Source: Deltaproteobacteria bacterium
GTDB lineage: Bacteria > Myxococcota > Kuafuiibacteriia > Kuafuiibacteriales > Kuafuiibacteriaceae
Assembly: GCA_040218735.1 (NCBI GenBank)
Contig: JAVJQW010000043.1
Location: forward strand, 256,001-320,000
Length of the DNA stretch: 64,000 bases
Direction: 5' to 3'
Below, piece after piece: positions 1 through 8,956 of this stretch (its first letter is position 1; each line of letters starts with the position of its first letter). The position numbers were made by a program, and so were the translations under genes. Under the pieces are notes generated by a model. It searched no databases and had not been told where the DNA came from. It was given only the letters and a program-made list of their open reading frames with translations.

Positions 1-56
1 CCGCGGTGCGGACGATCGATGCAATCGACGAGCGCCACGCGCGTGCGCCGAGGTGA
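1..56 (+). CDS. Possible 3' end of an upstream gene (partial, ...AVRTIDAIDERHARAPR*)
   Basis: Open frame from the window edge to TGA at 54-56, 3 nt before the next ATG; AGGTGA doubles as an SD-like sequence. Too short to identify. Confidence 0.3.
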   Translation, partial: AVRTIDAIDERHARAPR

Positions 57-59
57 TGG

Positions 60-950
60 ATGAGTGACTTCCTCGATCTCGTACTGGGCTTCCCCACGGT
101 CTTCCTGACGGCAGCCCTCGCGATCGTCACCATCTACTGGGCCTTCGTGATCTTCGGAGCGCTCGACGTCGACACCTTCGACTTCGACGTAGACCTCGAC
201 GGCATCGCCGAAGGGGCCGCGGAAGGCGCCGCCGAGGGCGCGCTGGAAGGCGCGGCCGAGGGCGCTGCGGAGGGCGCGATCGAAGGCGGCCTCGAGGGGG
301 GCTTCGAAGGCGCCGAGGGAGCGCTCGAAGGCGCCGAGGGAGCGTTCGAAGGCGCCGACGGTGCGCTGGAAGGCGCCGAGGGCGCCGCGGAGGGTGCGGA
401 GGCGGGAATCCACGAGGGGCTCTCGTTCATCGGCTTCCTCTCCACGCTCGGGCTGCGCCGCGCGCCGTTCACGGTGACGCTCAGCCTGCTGACCCTCGCC
501 GCGTGGGCGTTCTGCGTGCTCGGCATGCAGTACCTCGCGCCCGTGCTCACGATGCTCCCGGGCTTCGTGGTCGGCGGGGGCGTGATGCTCGGGTCTCTGG
601 TGCTCGCCGTGCCGGTGACCAGCGTGACGTCACGGCCGCTCGGGCCGCTGTTCATCACGCACGAGGCGGACAAACGCGCCGACTTCATCGGTCGCACGTG
701 CCGCATCGACACCGGCAGCGTCGATGGAAAGTTCGGACAGGCCACGGTCGCGGAGGGCGGAGGTTGGACGGTCATCCAGGTCCGCGCAGCGAACGACAAT
801 GATCTGCGTCGCGGGGACGAGGCGCTGATCGTGGCCTACGACAACAGGCTCGAGGCGTTCCGCGTCGAGAGCATGAAGGTGGAATCGAAGGAGGCCGAAG
901 GGTCTCCGGCGGCGCGTCGCGCCGCACAGACGGTGAAGGACGCGCGCTGA
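60..950 (+). CDS. YqiJ/NfeD-like membrane protein with C-terminal OB-fold (flotillin partner)
   Basis: N-terminal TM helix (FPTVFLTAALAIVTIYWAFVIFG), acidic low-complexity loop, two more TMs, C-terminal OB-like segment (FIGRTCRIDTGSVD..FGQATV..IQVRA..LRRGDEALIVAYD). Lies directly upstream of an SPFH gene. Confidence 0.8.
   Translation: MSDFLDLVLGFPTVFLTAALAIVTIYWAFVIFGALDVDTFDFDVDLDGIAEGAAEGAAEGALEGAAEGAAEGAIEGGLEGGFEGAEGALEGAEGAFEGADGALEGAEGAAEGAEAGIHEGLSFIGFLSTLGLRRAPFTVTLSLLTLAAWAFCVLGMQYLAPVLTMLPGFVVGGGVMLGSLVLAVPVTSVTSRPLGPLFITHEADKRADFIGRTCRIDTGSVDGKFGQATVAEGGGWTVIQVRAANDNDLRRGDEALIVAYDNRLEAFRVESMKVESKEAEGSPAARRAAQTVKDAR
210..407 (+). repeat. Intragenic tandem EGA(A/L/F) coding repeat
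   Basis: EGAAEGAAEGALEGAAEGAAEGAIEGGLEGGFEGAEGALEGAEGAFEG...; 9- and 12-nt units such as gaaggcgccgagggagcg are visible in the DNA. Confidence 0.9.
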
Positions 951-1015
951 ATCCACGGCGCGCGAGACTTCACGACTAGGAGGTCGGCGCACCTGAGCGC
1001 GCCGAAACGAGGAGC

Positions 1016-3202
1016 ATGATGCAGAACCTGATCTTCTTTGGAGTGTTGGTCGCCGTCGGCCTCGCCATCCTGGCGGGCTTCGCGATGATGGTCGCGAAGT
1101 TCTACAAGAAGGTGGAGCAAGGCCGAGCGCTGATCATCAACAAGGTCACGAAGGAGCCGATCGTCACGTTCACGGGCGGACTGGTGCTCCCCATCGTGCA
1201 CCGCGCCGAGACCATGGACATCTCGGTGAAGACCGTCGAGATCGACCGCCGCGGCAAGGAAGGTCTGATCTGTAAGGACAACATCCGCGCGGACATCAAG
1301 GTCACGTTCTTCGTGAAGGTGAACAAGACCGCCGAGGACGTCCTGAAGGTCGCGCAGCAGGTGGGCTGCACGCGTGCGTCGAGCCAAGAGACGCTCGAGG
1401 AGCTCTTCCTCGCGAAGTTCTCCGAGGCGCTGAAGACCGTCGGCAAGCAGCTGGACTTCGTCGAGCTGTACACGAAGCGCGAGGACTTCAAGGACGAGAT
1501 CATCCGCACCATCGGCCGTGACCTGAACGGCTACGTCCTCGACGACGCGGCGATCGACTTCTTGGAGCAGACCCCGCTGGAGAGCCTCGACCGCGAGAAC
1601 ATCCTGGACGCCCAGGGCATCCGCAAGATCACCGAGCTCACCACCGCGCAGAACGTTCACACGAACGAGCTGCGGCAGGCGGAGCGCAAGGCGATCAAGA
1701 AGCAGGACGTCGAGGCCGAGGAGGCCGTGCTCGCGCTCGAGCGTCAGGAGCAGGACGCCCGCGCCAAGCAGGCTCGTGAGATCGCGACGATGAAGGCGCG
1801 CGAGGAGGCGGAGACCCGCAAGGTCGAAGCCGAAGAGTACAAGAAGGCATCCGTCGCGCGGCTGAAGGCCGAGGAGGAGGTCAAGGTCTCCGAGGAGGCG
1901 AAGAACCGCCAGATCGAGGTCGCGAAGAAGAACCGCGAGCGGGTCGTCGCGGTCGAGACGGAGCGCGTCGAGAAGGACCGGGCGCTCGAGCAGATCTCGC
2001 GCGAGCGGGAGACGGAGCTGTCGCGCATCGCGAAGGAGAAGGAGCTCGAGGTCGAGAAGAAGGAGATCGCCGACGTCATCCGTGGGCGCATCGCCGTCGA
2101 GAAGACCGTGGCCGAGGAGGAGGAGCGCATCAAGGACACGCGCGCCATCGCCGAGGCGAAGCGAAGCAAGGAGGTCCAGGTGACCGCGGCTTCGGCGGAG
2201 GCCGAAGAGAACATGGTCAAGCAGGTCAAGGCCGCCGAGGCGGGCCAGGAGGTCGCGAAGTTCAAGGCGAAGGAGCGTTTGACGCTCGCCGACGCCGAGC
2301 TCGAGGCGGCCGACCGCTCCGCGCAAGCGAAGATCCGCATCGCGGAAGGCGTGCAGGCGGAGGTCGCGGCCGAGGGGCTCGCGAAGGTTCGTGTGCGCGA
2401 AGCCGACGCGGTGGCGTTGGAGAAGGAAGGCTCCGCGAAGGCGCGCATCACGCAGTCGCAGATGGAGGCCGAGGCGCGCGGTAAGGAAGCGCAGGCGGCG
2501 GCCATCGAGAAGCAGGGCCTGGCCGAGGCGGCCGTGACCCGCGAAGGGTTGCTCGCGACCGCGAAGGGCGAGGAGGAGAAGGGCCTCGCCGCGGCGCGCG
2601 TGCACGAGGCGGACGCCGCTGCGCGGGAGAAGATGGGTCTCGCGGAGGCCGTCGCGATCGAGAAGAAGCTCACCGCCGAGGCGACGGGCTTGCGCGACAA
2701 GGCCGAGGCGATGAAGGCACTCGACGGCGTGGGTCGCGAGCACGAGGAGTTCCGTCTCCGCTTGGAGAAGGACAAGGAGGTCGAGCTGGCTTCGGTGACG
2801 GCCCGGGTGAACATCGCCGAGGCGCGCGCGCAGATCATGAAGGCTGCGTTCGCGGCGGCGAACATCAACATCGTCGGTGGCGACGGTGGGTTCTTCGACA
2901 AGTTCGTCGACGCGGTGTCGATGGGTAAGTCGGTGGATGGGTTCGTCGAGAACAGCTCGAACATCCAGCAGCTCTTCGGCAAGTACCTCAACGGGAACGG
3001 CAACCTCCCCGCGGACGTGCTGCAGGCGCTGTCGGGCTTCTCGACGAAGGACCTGCAGAACGTGAGCGTGGCGGGCCTGCTCGGGAAGCTCATGCTCGGT
3101 GCGGACGACGCGACGAAGCACAAGCTGCAGTCACTGCTGAAGCACGCCGAGGAGCTCGGGGTGGACGACGCGCTGCCGCCGCCGTCTTCGGACGCGAACT
3201 GA
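1016..3202 (+). CDS. SPFH/band-7 flotillin-family protein (YqiK-like)
   Basis: GAGGAG SD, single N-terminal TM, SPFH core (VTFTGGLVLPIVHRAETMDISVK..GLICKDNIRADIKVTFFVKVN), long A/E/K coiled coil, C-terminal INIVGGDG motif. Confidence 0.9.
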   Translation: MMQNLIFFGVLVAVGLAILAGFAMMVAKFYKKVEQGRALIINKVTKEPIVTFTGGLVLPIVHRAETMDISVKTVEIDRRGKEGLICKDNIRADIKVTFFVKVNKTAEDVLKVAQQVGCTRASSQETLEELFLAKFSEALKTVGKQLDFVELYTKREDFKDEIIRTIGRDLNGYVLDDAAIDFLEQTPLESLDRENILDAQGIRKITELTTAQNVHTNELRQAERKAIKKQDVEAEEAVLALERQEQDARAKQAREIATMKAREEAETRKVEAEEYKKASVARLKAEEEVKVSEEAKNRQIEVAKKNRERVVAVETERVEKDRALEQISRERETELSRIAKEKELEVEKKEIADVIRGRIAVEKTVAEEEERIKDTRAIAEAKRSKEVQVTAASAEAEENMVKQVKAAEAGQEVAKFKAKERLTLADAELEAADRSAQAKIRIAEGVQAEVAAEGLAKVRVREADAVALEKEGSAKARITQSQMEAEARGKEAQAAAIEKQGLAEAAVTREGLLATAKGEEEKGLAAARVHEADAAAREKMGLAEAVAIEKKLTAEATGLRDKAEAMKALDGVGREHEEFRLRLEKDKEVELASVTARVNIAEARAQIMKAAFAAANINIVGGDGGFFDKFVDAVSMGKSVDGFVENSSNIQQLFGKYLNGNGNLPADVLQALSGFSTKDLQNVSVAGLLGKLMLGADDATKHKLQSLLKHAEELGVDDALPPPSSDAN

Positions 3203-3221
3203 GGAGGATTGAGGAGAGCTC

Positions 3222-6200
3222 GTGGTCGACGTGAACGCCAAGGAAGAAGCCACCCTCGAAGGCGGAAGCTACGAGGTCATCCGGCGCCGCCTGCTCGAGC
3301 AGGCGGCCGCCCTCGGCGAGGCCGCCGAGCGTCTCAACGCCAAGCGCGTGGGGACGTTCGGTGGCACCGAGCTGGCGGTGATCGGCAACGAGCGCGTGCG
3401 GACCGAGAACAACTGCGTGCCGCGGGACATCGTCAACGTCGGCGGCACGCTGTTGTTCGGTTACAACGTGTTCCTGGGGCTGAAGACGGAGACGTCCATC
3501 GACGACGTCTTCAGCCTCCATGGGTTCACGGAGAAGGACGGCGGTGGGTTCGACCTGTCGGCGCTCCCTCTCGATTCCGGGGGTGGGCTGCTCTCGGGCG
3601 AAGAGTTTCAGCGCGACTTCGCGGAGCTGTACAAATACTACAAGGACGCGCGTCTGCTCGTGGTGCGCGAGGCCGAGGGGCGGCTCCTCGCGGTCTTCCA
3701 GACCGGCAACACCCTCGCGGACATCAAGGCCTTCCGGTGGGCGGTCGACAAGGGCGCGCCGCGTTACATCGACAACCGCGCGGAGAAGGACCACACCTTC
3801 CCGCCGAGTCATGACTTCGAGTGGGTTCAGACGTCCCGCGACGACCACGTCTCGGGGCGGCACCCGCACGTGAACATCCTCGACGAGGTGTTCGTGGAGA
3901 CCGTCGGCGGTGATCTCACCGTGAAGGTCGAGAACAACACCGAGGACGGGAAGGGCATCTACCGCGAGCCGGTGGACGACCCGCGCCAAGCGCTCGACGA
4001 CGGTGAGATCCACTACGCGAAGGTCGGGGCGCTCATTCTTCTGAAGATACTGCCGTACCGCGAGGAGACGTGGCGTTACCTCGTCTTCAACACGCGTACG
4101 CAGCAAGTGAAGCGCATCGACGCGATCGGGCAGTCGTGTGTGCAGCTCCCCGAGGACCACGGCGTGGTGTTCCCGGGCGGTTACTACCTCCAGACCGGGT
4201 CATCGAAGATCTTCGACGCCGAGATCGAGGACCTCGTCTTCATGCGCTCGATCCGGGCGCCGAACGGCGAGGACGTCCTGTACGTCTTCTACCACCAGAT
4301 CGACGGGCAGTACCTGCTGCTCCCCTACAACCTCATCCGCAAGGAGGTGCCGAACCCGATCGTGTGCCACGGGTTCACGCTGTTCGACGACGGCAAGATG
4401 CTCGTCTTCCGTTCGACGTCCGACGAGCCGACGCGTGTGCACCCGATGCAGGTGTGGCAGACGCCGTTCACGTCGGATGAGTTCGCGGCGAAGGCACCGA
4501 CGGACGGCTCCTACCTCGCGAAGATCGGCAACGCGGAGCTGGTGCGCGGGATCTCCGACGCATTCAGCGTTCAGCGGTTGATCGAGACCGACGAACCCAC
4601 CCGCCTCACGTACGAGGATCTCATCGCGAGCGCGGTGCGGCTCGTCGACAACTACTACTGGCTCGGGCACGAGGAGAGCGAAGGCCTCGCGCAGATCCTC
4701 GGAACCATCCGCGAGAACGCAGAGCTGATCGTCGATGAGTTCGAGAAGGTCCTCGCGCTGAAGAAGCAGGCCGAAGAGGCCCTCGCGGAGGCGGTCGAAC
4801 AGCAAAAGGACATCTTCCGGGAGCTGCGCCCCGAGGACTGGCGGGAGGTCAAGGCGTTCCTCTTCGCGATGAACTCGCTGCGCACGCAGCGCGGTCACCT
4901 GATTACGCTGCGGGACGTTCGTTACATCGACGTCGAGGCGCTCGAGGGGATGGAGGCCGAGGTCGTCGAGCAGTTCGACCGGGTCTCGAAGTACTGCGTC
5001 GAGTTCATGCTGACCGGCGAGGCGCTCGGTCCGCTCATCGCGCAGATCGACGAGCTCGAGGCGAAGGTCGGCGAGGTCGAGAAGGGCACGGAGTTCGCGC
5101 CGCTCGTCGAGGACCTCGAGGGGCTGTCGAAGGGCCTCGAGCTGTTGTCGGAGGTCGTCTCCGGGCTGCAGATCGACGACGCCACGCAGCGTACCCAGAT
5201 CCTGGAGAGCATCTCCGAGGTCTTCGGCCACCTGAACCGCGCCCGCGCGACGTTGACCTCGAAGAAGAAGTCGATGCTCTCCGCGGAGGGGCGCGCGGAG
5301 TTCGGGGCGCAGTTCAAGCTCCTCGGGCAGGCGGTCGCGTCGTCCCTCGCGATGGCGGACTCGCCGGACAAGTGCGACGAGCAGCTGTCGCGGCTGATGG
5401 TTCAGCTCGAAGATCTCGAGGCGCGCTTCTCGGAGTTCGACGAGTTTCTCGCGGACCTCGCGGCGAAGCGCGAGGAGATCTACGAGGCGTTCGGCGGCAA
5501 GAAGCAGCAGCTCCTCGACGAACGCAACCGTCGCGCGACGAACCTCGCCACGGCGGCGGATCGCATCCTCTCCGGCGTCGCGCGGAGGGTGAAGAGCTTC
5601 AAGGCCGACGACGAGCTGAACGCGTACTTCGCGTCCGACGCGATGGTGATGAAGCTGCGCCAGCTCGTGGAGCAGCTGCGCGCGTTGGGCGACTCCGTGA
5701 AGGCGGACGACGTCGAGGCGCGCGTGAAATCGGCGAAGCAGGACGCGGTGCGGAACCTGCGCGACAAGATCGATCTGTTCGCCGAAGGCGACGACATCAT
5801 CTCGTTCGGCCAACACAAGTTCACCGTCAACACACAGTCCTTCGAGCTGACGATGGTGCCGCGCGGTGACCAGATGGCGCTGCACCTCACGGGGACGGAC
5901 TTCTACGAGACGATCACCGACGAGGCGTTCGCGAAGACCCGTGAGTTCTGGGACCAGCACCTCGTCTCGGAGACGAAGGACGTCTACCGCGGTGAGTACC
6001 TCGCGGCGTCGATGCTCTTCGATGCGGAGGTGGGCAACAAAGGTCTATCGATCGAGAAACTCGTCGAGGCGAGCCACGACACGACTTCACTCGTGGAGCT
6101 CGTCCGCACCTACGCGGCGGACCGGTACGAAGAGGGATACGAGCGCGGGTTGCACGACGCCGACACGGCGAAGATCCTCGAGAAGCTCCTCTCGATCTGG

Positions 6201-8498
6201 CAGTCGGCGGGGCTGTTGCGCTTCGCGCCGCGCCCGCGCGCGCTCGCGTGCCTGTTCTGGGCGTTCTACGGGGACGAGGCGCAGCGCAGGATGTTGCACC
6301 GGCGCTCGATGAGCATGGCGCGCCTCGCCAAGGCGTTCTCTCACCCGCGCGCCGCGCAAGCGCTCGCGGACGACGCCGCGAAGCTCATGACCGCGTTCTT
6401 CGAGGCCCACGCGGTGGTCGCGGAGCCCGCCGACGTCCAGACCGCGGCGCGGTACCTCGCGGAGGAGCTCGGGGTCGAGCAGCCCCGGTTCTCGACGAGT
6501 CAGGAGGCGACGAAGCTCGAGAAGGCGTTTGTCTCGTACCTCGACGTCTCCGGGACGCGCCCCGCGTTCGAGGAGGACCTCGAGACGCTCACCTCCGATC
6601 TCGCGGAGCGCTTCGAGCTCGCGGAGGCTTGGATCGAGGCGTTCCTCGACGCGTCGGAGAAGGTCCAGGATCTCCGTCCGGCGATCCCCGAGGCGGCGGC
6701 GTTGTTCCTCACGGAGCGCGAGCTCGATCGCGAACCGAGCGCGGCGCTCACGAAGGCCTCGGTGGAGGGGCTCCTCGGCCAGCACCCGCGCATCCTCGAT
6801 CAGACGATGCAGCTCCGCATCGACGAGTTCCTCGGGCGCCTCACCGAGTTCGTAAACGTGCGCGTGCCGGCGTACGAGGGGTTCCGACGTGTGCGTCACG
6901 CATTGCTCGAGCGCGAGCGCGAGCGACTGCGTCTGGATGAGTTTACGCCGCGAGTGCTGACTTCGTTCGTCCGCAACAAACTCATCAACGACGTCTACCT
7001 TCCGATGATCGGCGACAACCTCGCCAAGCAGCTCGGCGCTGCGGGGGAGAAGAAGCGCACGGACCTGATGGGTTTGCTGCTGCTCATCTCACCGCCCGGG
7101 TACGGCAAGACGACGCTGATGGAGTACCTCGCGAGTCGGCTCGGGATGGTCTTCATGAAGGTCAACGGGCCTTCGCTGGGGTACGACGTGACTTCGCTGG
7201 ATCCGAACGACGCCCCCAACGCGACGGCGCGTCAGGAGGTCGAGAAGATCAACCTCGCGTTCGAGATGGCGAACAACGTGATGCTGTATCTCGACGACAT
7301 CCAGCACACGAACCCGGAGCTGCTTCAGAAGTTCATCTCGCTGTGTGATGCGCAGCGAAGGATCGAGGGCGTCTGGAAGGGGCGCACGCGAACCTATGAC
7401 CTGCGCGGCAAGAAGTTCGCGGTGGTCATGGCCGGCAACCCGTACACGGAGTCGGGTGAGAAGTTCCAGATCCCGGACATGCTCGCGAACCGCGCCGACA
7501 CCTACAACCTCGGCGACATCCTCGACGGTCGCGAGGAGGTCTTCGCGCTCTCGTACATCGAGAACGCGCTGACTTCGAACGCCGCGCTCGCACCGATCGC
7601 AGCGCGTTCGCTGCCGGACGTGCACCTGTTCATCAAGCTGGCGCAGGGCAAGGAGGTTCCGCAGACGGCGTTCGCGCACTCGTACGCGGCAGTGCAGATC
7701 GAGGAGATCAAGGGCACGCTGCAGCGACTGTTCGAAGTGCAGCGGACGTTGCTGGCGGTGAACCAGGAGTACATCGCGTCGGCGTCGCAGGACGATCGGT
7801 TCCGCACCGAGCCGCGGTTCCAACTGCAGGGCAGCTACCGCAACATGAACAAACTCGCGGAGAAGGTCGTGCCGGCGATGAACGCGGAGGAGCTCGAGGC
7901 GCTCGTCACGGATCACTACGCGGGTGAGTCGCAGACCCTCACGAGCGGCGCGGAGGCGAACATCCTGAAGCTCGCCGAGCTGCGGGACGTGATGACCGAG
8001 GCGCAGGCTGCGCGGTGGGAGCTGATCAAGAAGGAGTTTAGGCGCCTGCAGGTGTCGGGCGCCGCGGACGACGATCCTGTGTCGCGGGTGACCTCGACGC
8101 TCGGCGCGCTCGGCGAGCAGCTCGACGGGATCCGTACGCAGCTCGCGGCGGCCGTGGAGAACCGCGGGGACGACTGGGTGGGCCAGCACGTCTCGCGGCT
8201 CGACGAGGCGGTGAAGGCGCTCGCCACCCCGCAGTCCGTACAGGTGGATCTCGCGCCTCCGGAGGCGCTCGCGCAGGTCCTCACGCAGCAGCTCGCCGCG
8301 CTCGAGCAGACGCTCCTACCGCTGGTGCGCGCATCTGCGCAGAACCAGGACGAGATCCGGGCGATCAAGGCGCCGCTCGTGGAGCTGATCGAGCTGCTCA
8401 AGATCAACGCGCTCACGCCCGGGAACGGGGCACCCGCCAAGAAGCCGGCGAAGAAGAAGCGCGCCTCGGCGTCCGGCGCCGAATCGCCGAAGGCGTAA
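3222..8498 (+). CDS. Very large AAA+ ATPase of the family usually labelled 'DNA repair ATPase' (flotillin-associated)
   Basis: 1758 aa. Walker A SPPGYGKT, Walker B MLYLDD, sensor-1 AGN and LANRAD arginine-finger region near the C-terminus; long coiled-coil middle; GAGGAG SD. Confidence 0.85.
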   Translation: MVDVNAKEEATLEGGSYEVIRRRLLEQAAALGEAAERLNAKRVGTFGGTELAVIGNERVRTENNCVPRDIVNVGGTLLFGYNVFLGLKTETSIDDVFSLHGFTEKDGGGFDLSALPLDSGGGLLSGEEFQRDFAELYKYYKDARLLVVREAEGRLLAVFQTGNTLADIKAFRWAVDKGAPRYIDNRAEKDHTFPPSHDFEWVQTSRDDHVSGRHPHVNILDEVFVETVGGDLTVKVENNTEDGKGIYREPVDDPRQALDDGEIHYAKVGALILLKILPYREETWRYLVFNTRTQQVKRIDAIGQSCVQLPEDHGVVFPGGYYLQTGSSKIFDAEIEDLVFMRSIRAPNGEDVLYVFYHQIDGQYLLLPYNLIRKEVPNPIVCHGFTLFDDGKMLVFRSTSDEPTRVHPMQVWQTPFTSDEFAAKAPTDGSYLAKIGNAELVRGISDAFSVQRLIETDEPTRLTYEDLIASAVRLVDNYYWLGHEESEGLAQILGTIRENAELIVDEFEKVLALKKQAEEALAEAVEQQKDIFRELRPEDWREVKAFLFAMNSLRTQRGHLITLRDVRYIDVEALEGMEAEVVEQFDRVSKYCVEFMLTGEALGPLIAQIDELEAKVGEVEKGTEFAPLVEDLEGLSKGLELLSEVVSGLQIDDATQRTQILESISEVFGHLNRARATLTSKKKSMLSAEGRAEFGAQFKLLGQAVASSLAMADSPDKCDEQLSRLMVQLEDLEARFSEFDEFLADLAAKREEIYEAFGGKKQQLLDERNRRATNLATAADRILSGVARRVKSFKADDELNAYFASDAMVMKLRQLVEQLRALGDSVKADDVEARVKSAKQDAVRNLRDKIDLFAEGDDIISFGQHKFTVNTQSFELTMVPRGDQMALHLTGTDFYETITDEAFAKTREFWDQHLVSETKDVYRGEYLAASMLFDAEVGNKGLSIEKLVEASHDTTSLVELVRTYAADRYEEGYERGLHDADTAKILEKLLSIWQSAGLLRFAPRPRALACLFWAFYGDEAQRRMLHRRSMSMARLAKAFSHPRAAQALADDAAKLMTAFFEAHAVVAEPADVQTAARYLAEELGVEQPRFSTSQEATKLEKAFVSYLDVSGTRPAFEEDLETLTSDLAERFELAEAWIEAFLDASEKVQDLRPAIPEAAALFLTERELDREPSAALTKASVEGLLGQHPRILDQTMQLRIDEFLGRLTEFVNVRVPAYEGFRRVRHALLERERERLRLDEFTPRVLTSFVRNKLINDVYLPMIGDNLAKQLGAAGEKKRTDLMGLLLLISPPGYGKTTLMEYLASRLGMVFMKVNGPSLGYDVTSLDPNDAPNATARQEVEKINLAFEMANNVMLYLDDIQHTNPELLQKFISLCDAQRRIEGVWKGRTRTYDLRGKKFAVVMAGNPYTESGEKFQIPDMLANRADTYNLGDILDGREEVFALSYIENALTSNAALAPIAARSLPDVHLFIKLAQGKEVPQTAFAHSYAAVQIEEIKGTLQRLFEVQRTLLAVNQEYIASASQDDRFRTEPRFQLQGSYRNMNKLAEKVVPAMNAEELEALVTDHYAGESQTLTSGAEANILKLAELRDVMTEAQAARWELIKKEFRRLQVSGAADDDPVSRVTSTLGALGEQLDGIRTQLAAAVENRGDDWVGQHVSRLDEAVKALATPQSVQVDLAPPEALAQVLTQQLAALEQTLLPLVRASAQNQDEIRAIKAPLVELIELLKINALTPGNGAPAKKPAKKKRASASGAESPKA

Positions 8499-8513
8499 CG
8501 CGCCCGTTGCCGT

Positions 8514-8532
8514 TTCTGCGCTTCACGCAGAA
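8514..8532. promoter_or_regulatory. Perfect inverted repeat TTCTGCG-N5-CGCAGAA (terminator hairpin or activator-binding site)
   Basis: 15 nt after the ATPase stop and about 40 nt upstream of a sigma54-like promoter. Function is ambiguous. Confidence 0.4.
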
Positions 8533-8570
8533 TTCGTTCGATCGAGGGCCCCCGCCTAAAGTCGGTGGGC

Positions 8571-8587
8571 TCGGCCTGGCGTTTGCT
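8571..8587 (+). promoter_or_regulatory. Putative sigma54 (-24/-12) promoter
   Basis: TCGGCCTGGCGTTTGCT: GG(8573-74)-N10-GC(8585-86) with a canonical TTGCT -12 element, just upstream of the lipoprotein-collagen pair. Confidence 0.5.
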
Positions 8588-8596
8588 TTATGAAGG

Positions 8597-8929
8597 GTGA
8601 ACACCTTGCGGATCCGAAGAATACGAACGCTCACCCTCGCGGCGGGGTTGGTGCTCGCTACGGCGTGCGCGGATCCCGTCGATCCGCCCCGGGAGAAGCC
8701 CGACGCCGGTCCCACCGTGCGCGACGCCGGCACAGACGAGACCCCGCGCGACGGCGGCCCCAACGGGGGCCCGACGCACGTCCTCGAGACGTCCAACCTC
8801 GCCCCGGCGGCCGAATCCGCCAGCGCCGGTGACTACCGCATCCGCGGTCACCTCCGCAGCAGTGAGGTCCGCCAAGCCGACAACGGCAACCAACAGATCC
8901 GCGGCGGGTTCGTCCCGCTCAGCCGCTGA
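8597..8929 (+). CDS. Small lipoprotein (hypothetical)
   Basis: Basic N-terminus, hydrophobic stretch, lipobox LATA-C, Pro/DAG linker, C-terminal SAGDYRIRG..QQIRGGF. Start could be TTG 8606. Confidence 0.65.
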   Translation: MNTLRIRRIRTLTLAAGLVLATACADPVDPPREKPDAGPTVRDAGTDETPRDGGPNGGPTHVLETSNLAPAAESASAGDYRIRGHLRSSEVRQADNGNQQIRGGFVPLSR

Positions 8930-8956
8930 ACGACCCCGACCAAGAGAGCCCATACG

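Noticed and set aside
984-1005. Hairpin TCGGCGC-N8-GCGCCGA between the first two genes as a terminator
   Set aside because: No U-tract and it lies inside an apparent operon; at most an mRNA-stabilising stem.
836-3121. 761-aa minus-strand ORF, and similar long antisense ORFs at 4200-5960, 36064-38862, 47188-49020 and 53299-54996
   Set aside because: Shadow frames opposite well-supported genes, expected with high GC3; Arg/Leu-rich with no motifs.
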